This document shows, one piece after another, positions 1 to 7,989 of a stretch of DNA of 55,901 nucleotides; position 1 is the stretch's first letter; each line of letters starts with the position of its first letter. The notes under the pieces are model-generated. The model was given only the letters and a program-made list of their open reading frames with translations. It searched no databases and was not told where the DNA came from. The translations under genes were made by a program, and so were the position numbers. The stretch lies in IMG/VR virus record IMGVR_UViG_3300045988_171564. One strand, given 5' to 3'. The stretch is from a virus.

Positions 1-27
1 GTCGATCAGATCAAAAACGCGATTGAA
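1..27. repeat. Assembly overlap: bases 1-27 are identical to 55875-55901, so the contig is a closed circle of 55,874 bp
   Basis: First and last 27 nt are both gtcgatcagatcaaaaacgcgattgaa. The tape-measure reading frame is preserved across the join. Confidence 0.95.
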
Positions 28-2352
28 GCGGGCGACTGGTACGGCGCAGGCTCGATACTGGCCGATAAGGTCAACGAAATGATAGATCAGGTTGACTGGG
101 ACGGCTGGGGGCACAAGCTGGGCGCAGGCCTTGAGCACGGCATAGAGCTTGCGGATGGCTTTTTGGCCACGCTAAAGCTTGACAAGCTGGGGGCGGGGCT
201 GGCTACGTCGCTTAACGGCGTAATGGATGAGGTTGACTTTACCGCCGCCGGGCGCGTGTTCATGGCTAAGTGGAAGCTACTGTTCGATATGGCTTACGGC
301 TTTATCAATACGTTCGACTGGGCGCAATTCGGCGTGTCGGTGGGTAACTTCATTAACGGCTCGTTTGAGGGATTCAACATAGAGCGCGGCGCGTACTTAG
401 TGATAGGCGGTCTGAACGGGTTGTTTACATCGTTGATAAACGCCGCAAAGACTATCAAGTGGACGGAGATAGGGCAAAGCGTAGGCAAGGCCATTAACAA
501 CGCGCCGTGGCGCGACATGTTTGTGAACGCGGGAACAGCGCTTTCCGACGGGCTAAAGGGCATGTTTACGACGCTTATAAACGCCGTCCAGACAATAAAC
601 TGGAAAGAGCTGGGTACGTCGGCGGCAGACGGCATGAACGCCGTTGACTGGGTAGGCGTTGCCCAAAAGGCGGGTCAATTCGTCGGTGAAGGGCTAAAAA
701 GCCTTGCTAGCTTTGTAGGTAGCTTCATGAGCAATGCCGATTGGTTCAGGATAGGTGCAGGCATTGCCGCATTGCTTGAAGGCATCGACTGGCAAGGTCT
801 TTCTGACAACCTTTTGTCATGCGCTAAGGGATTAGCAAGCGGCTTAGTTAGCGCTATAAAGGGCTTTTTTCTTGAAGATTCCAACTTTAACGGTGTCCCG
901 GGATGGATGGAAGCAGCGGGGGCGATTGCCAATTTCCTGCTGCAACTGCTTGATGCTGGCGTAAAAGAGTTGGTTAAAATGCCGCTTAAGATCGGGTATG
1001 AGGTCGCCGACTGGATTGCAGAGGCGCTAAAGGACATGATCGACGCAGTATTCCCCGGAATGGGGCTGGGCGACCGGCTTTATAACGGCATAATGGAATC
1101 CGTGCGAATGTCTGACCCATACTATGTGGAAGAACTGGCACGCCAAATGGCTGAAGGTACTGGCGAAGGTGTAGAAAAGGGCATCGACATGGCCAGCAAT
1201 TCTGCTGACTTTGCAAGTGCCGCTCAGGACGCGGGCTATAAGATCGGTGAGAATCTGGGCAAAGGTGCAGGGCGTTTTACCAGCTATGCAACGTGGATAA
1301 ACCCCACCATAAAAAAGAGCATGGTATCCGTCGGCGAAAACGCCGTGGTGGGGTTCCAAAAGGGCATAGAGAACAAGGAAGACAGCTTAAAAAGCACCAT
1401 GTCCGACGCGGCGGGTGATGGGCTTCTGAACCACCTTAAAACCATATTGGGCATACACTCCCCGTCAACCGAAATGGAAAGCATCGGTGAAAACACGCTT
1501 CAAGGCCTTATAAACGGCCTTATCGCAAAGGAAGCGCTGCTGACCGTAACCACGGCGGCATGTACGCTCATTATGACTACGGCGTTTACGGTAGCATGGA
1601 CGGCTATCAAGCTGGGCACTACGCTGGCGTGGTCAACGTCGGCGGACGGCATCATAGGCCGCATGAACGCGGGCATATCGGCGGGCGATACGGCGCTTAA
1701 AAATGGCTCAACCCTATGGGTAAACACCGTCGGCGGCGCGTGGACGCAGATTAAAGACGCGATACCTGCGGGCTGGGCGCAGATAAGCGCGAGCATAAAG
1801 GCACAGTCTGAGCAGGCCGCAAACGGCATGAAAACTGCGTTTGAAAGCGCCAAAGGGTCGATACTGGCGGTATGGGACGGCATAAAGAGCGGCGTGCAGT
1901 CGGCGATAAGCGACATAATAAGCGCAGTTAACCGCATGTCATCGTCGGTGTCGTCGGCCATAAGCTCGATGAACAACTCCATTAACCGCTTTACAAACGG
2001 CGCGAACCAGAAGATCACGCAGACGCAGACCAAGATAAACGAAATCAAAGTGCCCAAATTCGCGAGCGGCGGTTATCCGAACACGGGCGAACTGTTCCTT
2101 GCGCGCGAGGCCGGCCCCGAATTGGTAGGCTCGATACGCGGCAGATCGGCGGTGGCCAACAACGACCAGATTGTCGAGGGCATACGCCAGGGCGTGTACG
2201 AGGCCGTATCGGCGGCGCAGAATGGCAATCAGGGCGGCACGATAGAAGTCAAGCTGTACATAGACGGCAGACAGGTAGCCGCATCGGTAGAAAAAGCACA
2301 GCGCGAACGCGGCGCGACGATATATCCGGGAGGTGTGCTGAGTGGCGCTTAA
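1..2352 (+). CDS. Tail tape measure protein, C-terminal part (continues from 54417..55901 across the circle junction)
   Basis: Frame 1 is open from nt 1 with no upstream stop. The combined ORF is about 1269 aa and lies directly after the G/GT chaperone pair. Sequence is repetitive and Ala/Gly-rich. Confidence 0.85.
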   Translation, partial: VDQIKNAIEAGDWYGAGSILADKVNEMIDQVDWDGWGHKLGAGLEHGIELADGFLATLKLDKLGAGLATSLNGVMDEVDFTAAGRVFMAKWKLLFDMAYGFINTFDWAQFGVSVGNFINGSFEGFNIERGAYLVIGGLNGLFTSLINAAKTIKWTEIGQSVGKAINNAPWRDMFVNAGTALSDGLKGMFTTLINAVQTINWKELGTSAADGMNAVDWVGVAQKAGQFVGEGLKSLASFVGSFMSNADWFRIGAGIAALLEGIDWQGLSDNLLSCAKGLASGLVSAIKGFFLEDSNFNGVPGWMEAAGAIANFLLQLLDAGVKELVKMPLKIGYEVADWIAEALKDMIDAVFPGMGLGDRLYNGIMESVRMSDPYYVEELARQMAEGTGEGVEKGIDMASNSADFASAAQDAGYKIGENLGKGAGRFTSYATWINPTIKKSMVSVGENAVVGFQKGIENKEDSLKSTMSDAAGDGLLNHLKTILGIHSPSTEMESIGENTLQGLINGLIAKEALLTVTTAACTLIMTTAFTVAWTAIKLGTTLAWSTSADGIIGRMNAGISAGDTALKNGSTLWVNTVGGAWTQIKDAIPAGWAQISASIKAQSEQAANGMKTAFESAKGSILAVWDGIKSGVQSAISDIISAVNRMSSSVSSAISSMNNSINRFTNGANQKITQTQTKINEIKVPKFASGGYPNTGELFLAREAGPELVGSIRGRSAVANNDQIVEGIRQGVYEAVSAAQNGNQGGTIEVKLYIDGRQVAASVEKAQRERGATIYPGGVLSGA

Positions 2353-2728
2353 AGCATTGGTAAGGGTAGGCAATGTTGACCTGCCCGAACCGTCCACCTA
2401 TTCGGGCAATACCGCGACGCTGGTTGATTCGGAGCGCAACCTTCAGGGCAAAGTCATAGGAAGCGTTGTGCGCGACGACGTGGCAAAGGTTGAATTGGGC
2501 TGGCGGTATCTGACCGCCGCCCAGTGGTCAATGGTAGGCAAGCTATTCAAAATAAGCGCGGGCGGGCAGTTTTATAACAACGTCACGTTCTTTGATCAGA
2601 CAGAAGGCGACTGGGTAACGCGCCTTATGTACGTAAGCGACCGCAACGCGGGAATGTGGCGGCGCGACCCCGAAACCGGTGACGTGATGGGCTGGACGGA
2701 CTGCAAGCTATCGCTAATCGAGGTGTAA
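2342..2728 (+). CDS. Small tail protein at the distal-tail (Dit) position, function unassigned
   Basis: GTG start follows GGGAGGTG and overlaps the TMP stop. 128 aa. Synteny only. Confidence 0.55.
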   Translation: MALKALVRVGNVDLPEPSTYSGNTATLVDSERNLQGKVIGSVVRDDVAKVELGWRYLTAAQWSMVGKLFKISAGGQFYNNVTFFDQTEGDWVTRLMYVSDRNAGMWRRDPETGDVMGWTDCKLSLIEV

Positions 2729-2732
2729 GGCC

Positions 2733-4529
2733 ATGTATGCAGTAAGTCAGGCATGGAAGGATATGCAGGCCTCACAACTGGTGGGCGAGGGCTTTGTCGA
2801 GGTATCGTTTGCGGTAGGCGACCCGGACGCGCAGAACGCGGCCACGGCTAGCGACAACGGCCATATGTACATAAGCGACATATCGGTTATTACCGACGAA
2901 AACCAAAGGCAGTTCACGCGGTACTGCACGCTGGAACAGGACTTATGGCAAGCAGACGGATCGCTGATACTTGCGCCAAACAGCGCGCCGGTAAGCGGAG
3001 CGGGGTTTGTGGGCAATGTGCTTTCGGGAGCGGACGGCAGCTTTGCCGTAAAACCGACGATAACGATAACGCTGGATCAGGTGTATAGCAAGCTCTTACC
3101 CGGCATATCGATAACGTGGAGCAAGACGTTTGACGAATGGGCAACCAGCTTTTCCGTCTCGGTAAACAAAAACGGCGCGACCGTATTTGCGTTTGCCAGA
3201 GGCAATAACACCGCGCCTTTAAGCGTGATTACCCACGACATACCGGAGTATGACCAAGTGGTAATCAAGATACACAAGTGGTCAAAACCCCTCCATTATG
3301 CGCGGGTTGAGAACATATTGCTGGGCATAAAGGCCACATACGACAAGGGGCAGCTAATGGCGTTCGAGCACGAGCGCAATTTCGACCCGATATGCGCGAG
3401 CGCGCCGGTTGCGTCCATCACATTTTCGCTGGACAACACGGGCGACGAATACGACCCCAACAACGATACTGGCATGAGCAAGTACCTTATGGAGCGTCAG
3501 CGCATACGGGCGAGGTACGGATTCAAATTGCCCAACGGCCAGACCGAATGGATTCCGGCAGGGCTATTCTATCTATCCGAATGGAACGCGCCCCAGAACG
3601 GCCTTACCGCCTCATTCAAGGCGCGCGACATCATGACGCTGATGCAGGGCACGTACTCAAAGGGCGTATACAGTCCGGGCGGCGTGACGCTAAAGGCATT
3701 GGCCGAAGCGGTATTGAATGACGCGAACCTGCCGCCCGGAACGTCAGGGGGCACGGTATGGCAGCTTGACGAGGCACTGAGCGGTATGACGACTACCGCG
3801 CCGCTCCCATTAAAGACGCACGCGGAATGCCTCCAATATATTGCACAGGCGGCGGGCATGGCCATGTGGCACGACAGAAGCGGCGTAATGCACATAGGCA
3901 CGCCGGGGACGGGCGTTGACACGAGCTATAAACTGAACGACTTCAACCTGTTTTCGCGGCCTGAAATCGAGCTGCAAACGCCGGTAAGCACGGTGAGAGT
4001 GCATGTGTACAACTACACCGTACAGGCAGATGATACGGAGCTGTACAAGGGCACCCTTACGATAAACGGCACTAAGGAAATAACCGTCAGCTATTCACAG
4101 ACGGCGGCGAGCGCCACGGCCACGGTAACGGGCGGTACGCTGGTGTCCGCACAGTACTTTGCATCGGCATGTACGCTAAAAATAACCGCGTCGGGCGACG
4201 TGAACATTGCCGTTACCGGCAAGCCGCTTGCATCGCAGACCGCGAACCACGACATATACCTTGCCGACGACGGCAGCGTGCAGGAAGTGGACAACCCACT
4301 TATAACCGACGACACGCGCGCGGAGGCGGTAGCACAATGGGCGGGCGCGTACCTAAAGGCGCGCAGGCAAATAAAAATCAGCTCGTGGCGCGCAGACCCG
4401 CGACTAGACGCGCTGGACATAGTGCCGGTGGCAAACAAGCACAGCGAGGAAAACGTGCGCATAAGCCGTGTGAAGTACTCGTTCAAGGGCGCGTTCCGTG
4501 GAGACGCGGACGGGCGCGTGACAACCTAA
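2733..4529 (+). CDS. Tail tip / baseplate hub-position minor structural protein
   Basis: 598-aa ORF after the Dit-position gene, matching TMP-Dit-Tal synteny of siphoviruses. No catalytic motif recognised by eye. Confidence 0.55.
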   Translation: MYAVSQAWKDMQASQLVGEGFVEVSFAVGDPDAQNAATASDNGHMYISDISVITDENQRQFTRYCTLEQDLWQADGSLILAPNSAPVSGAGFVGNVLSGADGSFAVKPTITITLDQVYSKLLPGISITWSKTFDEWATSFSVSVNKNGATVFAFARGNNTAPLSVITHDIPEYDQVVIKIHKWSKPLHYARVENILLGIKATYDKGQLMAFEHERNFDPICASAPVASITFSLDNTGDEYDPNNDTGMSKYLMERQRIRARYGFKLPNGQTEWIPAGLFYLSEWNAPQNGLTASFKARDIMTLMQGTYSKGVYSPGGVTLKALAEAVLNDANLPPGTSGGTVWQLDEALSGMTTTAPLPLKTHAECLQYIAQAAGMAMWHDRSGVMHIGTPGTGVDTSYKLNDFNLFSRPEIELQTPVSTVRVHVYNYTVQADDTELYKGTLTINGTKEITVSYSQTAASATATVTGGTLVSAQYFASACTLKITASGDVNIAVTGKPLASQTANHDIYLADDGSVQEVDNPLITDDTRAEAVAQWAGAYLKARRQIKISSWRADPRLDALDIVPVANKHSEENVRISRVKYSFKGAFRGDADGRVTT

Positions 4530-4579
4530 AGCAAAACATCAATCGACCGTCGCAAACGGGCGGCGGGAAACGGCCAAAC

Positions 4580-4626
4580 GGGGTCAGGAAGCACCGAAAA
4601 AGTGTGCTTTTCTGGCCCCTTTTTTA
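4580..4626 (+). terminator. Rho-independent terminator
   Basis: GGGGTCAGGAAGCAC..GTGCTTTTCTGGCCCC stem followed by TTTTTT. Confidence 0.7.
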
Positions 4627-4651
4627 ATACGCAAACGGCGGTGAAGAAACT

Positions 4652-5065
4652 ATGGCTGAGACGTGGACGACCCCAAAAACCGATTGGAAACCCACAGATT
4701 TTTTCAACCAATCAGATTACGAACGCATAACCGGCAACATACGGTATCTGCACGAGATGGCCAACACGCTTTACGCCGCGCCTTTTTTCGAGCTTGACCC
4801 GATGAGCAGCGCGGGAATCGGCATAATCGCGACCGCCGCATTGCTTAATTCGGTCGAGGACAACGTGCAAGCGCTGGGCGAAAACACGTTCCTGATGCCC
4901 GACTGGCAGGAAGGAAAGAACTTTAAGCCGGGCGACACGGCGTGGAACTACGAAGATTTGAACCGCATTGAGCAGGACATTGTGATTTTGAAAATCATGC
5001 TGGAAGGGCAAAAGGCCGGGCTAAAGACGCTGGCGTTTGAACTGGGTGGTGGTGAATTTGGCTAA
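4652..5065 (+). CDS. Tail-fibre-module protein
   Basis: N-terminus TPKTDWKPTDFFNQSDYERITGNIRYL resembles the conserved N-terminal motif of Firmicute prophage fibre/baseplate proteins. Confidence 0.5.
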   Translation: MAETWTTPKTDWKPTDFFNQSDYERITGNIRYLHEMANTLYAAPFFELDPMSSAGIGIIATAALLNSVEDNVQALGENTFLMPDWQEGKNFKPGDTAWNYEDLNRIEQDIVILKIMLEGQKAGLKTLAFELGGGEFG

Positions 5066-5495
5066 GGAATACAAGGACGAAATAGTAGGCGGCGACGGCA
5101 AACGCAGATACGACCTTGTGCGGGGTGACGGCAGTAAAGCGCTGGAAAACGTGCAGATTGTAAAGGCGTATACGCCCGAGCAAGAAGGGACGCTGTTTGG
5201 CGCGAGCGACGTACTCAACCTGCAATCGCGCACAGTAACGGTTACGGCGACGGCGGCAGGCTGGACGGGAAACGTAAAGCCCTACACGCAGGTATTAACG
5301 GTCAACGGCATGACGGCGACGTGCAACGCGATAGTGGGGCTAGCGGACAGTGCAACGGAAGAGCAGCGCACTGCGGCGCGCCGGGCGGGCATAGTGCCGG
5401 TAGCGCAGGCGACGGGCAAGGTAACGCTAAAGGCCGATTACGCCGTGCCGAGCGTAGATTTACCCGTTGCGGTTACGATACTGGAGGTTAAGTAG
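5052..5495 (+). CDS. Tail-fibre-module protein (start uncertain: GTG 5046/5049/5052 or TTG 5058)
   Basis: ORF NLAKEYKDEIVGGDGKRRYDLV... overlaps the previous stop. Assigned by position in the fibre module. Confidence 0.5.
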   Translation: MNLAKEYKDEIVGGDGKRRYDLVRGDGSKALENVQIVKAYTPEQEGTLFGASDVLNLQSRTVTVTATAAGWTGNVKPYTQVLTVNGMTATCNAIVGLADSATEEQRTAARRAGIVPVAQATGKVTLKADYAVPSVDLPVAVTILEVK

Positions 5496-5496
5496 G

Positions 5497-6303
5497 ATGG
5501 GAGTTATTAATGCGTTTCCGAGCGGCGCGCCGGTGCAGGAATACAAGAATAAGGTCGAGATAACCACATCGCAGGAATGGACGGTGCCTGAGAGGGTTTC
5601 GGAAATTAGGGTTACTTGCATTGGCGGGGGTGCGGCGGGGCAAAACAGAAACGGCGGCGGCGGTGGGTACTTTGCGCAAAAAGTCCTGCAAGTAACGCCG
5701 GGCACGAAGTACGCGATAACCATAGGCGCAGGAGGAGTATATTCCAGTTCTACGGTAGCGGGCGCGACTTCTTTTGGCGATTTAGTATCAGCTAACGGTG
5801 GTAACGGGATGAATGGCGGTACGGGTGGCGGCGGCAGTTTCGAAGGGCAAAGTTCGAATTATGGCGCAATGCCGGGTGGCGCAGGACAGGAAGGTTATGG
5901 CGCAAGCGGTGGAACTGCCATGTTGCAAATGGGAAGAGACGGCGGCAGTACGCTTACGGCGAAAGGCGGTAAAGGACTTCAGAGAGAAGGGTATTATGGC
6001 GGCTCCGATTCTTATCACTACTATGGTTCCGGCGGCGGTGGTGGTGCAGGAATCAATGGCGGCAACGGCGGCGACGCGGCTGTCAATAGTTTCGGAGCAT
6101 CTTGGAATGGCTCTGGCGGCGGGGGCGGTGGATATGGAACACTAAAGTTGGCAACTGACGGTGATCATAAGAACAGCGTCGATTATATGCAAGTTGGCGA
6201 TGGCGGCAAGGGTGGTCTGGGTTATGGTGCTGGCGGTGGCGGCGCGGGTGTGAACGCTAACGGCGGCAACGGCGCGCCCGGTATCTGCATAGTCGAGTAC
6301 TGA
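5497..6303 (+). CDS. Glycine-rich fibre-associated protein, paralog 1
   Basis: SD GGAGG precedes ATG 5497. N-term INAFPSGA..EITTSQEWTVPERVSEIRVTCIGGGAAG, Gly-rich body, C-term APGICIVEY. Both ends match the ORF at 6394..7380. Confidence 0.7.
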   Translation: MGVINAFPSGAPVQEYKNKVEITTSQEWTVPERVSEIRVTCIGGGAAGQNRNGGGGGYFAQKVLQVTPGTKYAITIGAGGVYSSSTVAGATSFGDLVSANGGNGMNGGTGGGGSFEGQSSNYGAMPGGAGQEGYGASGGTAMLQMGRDGGSTLTAKGGKGLQREGYYGGSDSYHYYGSGGGGGAGINGGNGGDAAVNSFGASWNGSGGGGGGYGTLKLATDGDHKNSVDYMQVGDGGKGGLGYGAGGGGAGVNANGGNGAPGICIVEY

Positions 6304-6340
6304 CGGAGGATAAAATATGTATAATCGCATAATTGTTTCC

Positions 6341-6349
6341 GGGGGGGGG
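6341..6349. repeat. G9 homopolymer in the gap between the two glycine-rich paralogs
   Basis: gggggggggt at 6341-6350, about 45 nt upstream of ATG 6394. Confidence 0.9.
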
Positions 6350-6393
6350 TACTCCCTCAGTGTAAATAGTACCCGCCGCGAGGAGGTGCGCGT

Positions 6394-7380
6394 ATGTTGA
6401 TAAACGCATTTCCTTCGGGGGCTAAAGAGGGCTACGACCATCACATTGAAATCACTACCAGCCAGACTTGGACTGTGCCGGATGGAGTTACTGAGATTGC
6501 GGTGCGGCTGTTTGGCGGAGGCGGCCAAGGTGGCCGCAGCCATACTTATGCGCTCTCTCAACTTGGCGCTGGCGGGGGCGGCGGGGGGCATATGGCTTAT
6601 AAAGTTCTAACCGTCGCTCCCGGCACCAAATACGCGATAATCATAGGGGCAGGCGGATATGTAGATGGTTACACGCAGATAGGAGCTCCCGGCGGCACGA
6701 CCTCGTTTGGCGATCTGTTGTTTGCGCTCGGCGGTCAAGGCGGAGAAGGTAGGGAGCAAGACAATGAATATGTTGTAGGTAGGGGAATCGGCGGTAGCGG
6801 CGGTACGGGTGGCGGCGGTGGAATATATAATCGCACACTTCCTACTGAAACTTCAACTTGGGGAGCAGCAATGTATGGTCGCGGCGGTGATGCGTCGTAT
6901 GGCGGTGGCGGTGGGGGTATTCTAACAGTCAAGTCAAATGGCGGCTTATATGGTGGCTGTGGCGGCAATTACTTTAGCGCAGATAATGGTGTCGAAAGCT
7001 TAGTAGCAAAAACGATTATCGATTCTTATATATCATCGTGGTCAGGCGGTGTTGCTGCTTATGGTGGCGGTGGCGGTTACAAAGCCAATGGCGGTGCCGG
7101 GCAAATATATTACGACCGGGGCAGCGGTAATAGAGATGATCCAACTTACATCATTGGCTGTGGCGGCGGCGGCGGATATAAAGGCGGCGACGGTGGCAAC
7201 GGTTCCAATGATTACGGCTCGTGGTTTGGCGGTGGCGGCGGTGGATATGGCACTCAAAAAATAGCGGGTGACGGGCTTGCCAAAGGCGGCTTAGGCTACG
7301 GCGCGGGCGGCGGCGGCAGCGATTTTAGCTCTTCAAGGCCAAATGCGGGCGCTCCCGGAATCTGCATCATAGAATACTAA
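6394..7380 (+). CDS. Glycine-rich fibre-associated protein, paralog 2
   Basis: N-term INAFPSGAKEGYDHHIEITTSQTWTVPDGVTEIAVRLFGGGGQGG, C-term APGICIIEY. Tandem paralog of 5497..6303. Confidence 0.7.
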   Translation: MLINAFPSGAKEGYDHHIEITTSQTWTVPDGVTEIAVRLFGGGGQGGRSHTYALSQLGAGGGGGGHMAYKVLTVAPGTKYAIIIGAGGYVDGYTQIGAPGGTTSFGDLLFALGGQGGEGREQDNEYVVGRGIGGSGGTGGGGGIYNRTLPTETSTWGAAMYGRGGDASYGGGGGGILTVKSNGGLYGGCGGNYFSADNGVESLVAKTIIDSYISSWSGGVAAYGGGGGYKANGGAGQIYYDRGSGNRDDPTYIIGCGGGGGYKGGDGGNGSNDYGSWFGGGGGGYGTQKIAGDGLAKGGLGYGAGGGGSDFSSSRPNAGAPGICIIEY

Positions 7381-7392
7381 GGCGGTGAGCAA

Positions 7393-7749
7393 ATGGACAT
7401 AGCGGTAATCAAAGACGGCGTGTGCGTAAACGTATGCGTTTTTCAAGACCTAAATACCGCGCAAAGCTTTCTCAAGGCGAACGTCTGGCCGGGCGCGAGC
7501 GAAGTGCTTGAAGCGCCGGACGGGTACGGCATCGGGGACAGTTACGCAGACGGCGCGTGGACTAAAGCGCCCAGTGAACAGCCCGAACCCGTGGAGCCGG
7601 TAGAACCAACGCCGACGCTTAGTGAGCGGTTGACGGCGGCAGAAAAGCAAAACAAGTTACTCAGCGCCCAAATAAAGGCGCAGAGCGAGCGAACCGAGTT
7701 TCTGGAAGACTGCATCGCCGAAATGGCGACGCTTGTCTACAATGCTTAA
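7393..7749 (+). CDS. Hypothetical fibre-module protein
   Basis: 118 aa with a PEPVEPVEPTP linker and a C-terminal heptad-like segment. Position only. Confidence 0.5.
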   Translation: MDIAVIKDGVCVNVCVFQDLNTAQSFLKANVWPGASEVLEAPDGYGIGDSYADGAWTKAPSEQPEPVEPVEPTPTLSERLTAAEKQNKLLSAQIKAQSERTEFLEDCIAEMATLVYNA

Positions 7750-7783
7750 AAAAATTTTACGACGAATACGAGGGGGTATTTTG

Positions 7784-7936
7784 ATGATGGCTATGTTTTT
7801 TGCACAAAGGGTCATATTGGGCAAGACCGCGTTTGAAGATGTACCTAAGGCGCTCAAGGCTAAGACGGCGGAGATACTGATCGAATCGGGACTGCCGGAG
7901 ATGGTGCCGGTGGAGTATGGCGGGACGAAAGAATAA
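7784..7936 (+). CDS. Small fibre-module protein
   Basis: ATG 7784 lies 7 nt after GAGGGGG. Sequence MMAMFFAQRVILGKTAFEDVPKALKAKTAEILIESG resembles small conserved proteins found next to Clostridial phage fibre genes. Confidence 0.45.
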   Translation: MMAMFFAQRVILGKTAFEDVPKALKAKTAEILIESGLPEMVPVEYGGTKE

Positions 7937-7989
7937 GCGTGCGGCGAATTGCGCCAGCAAGCAAATTCAAGAGAGGGGTGGAATGACAT

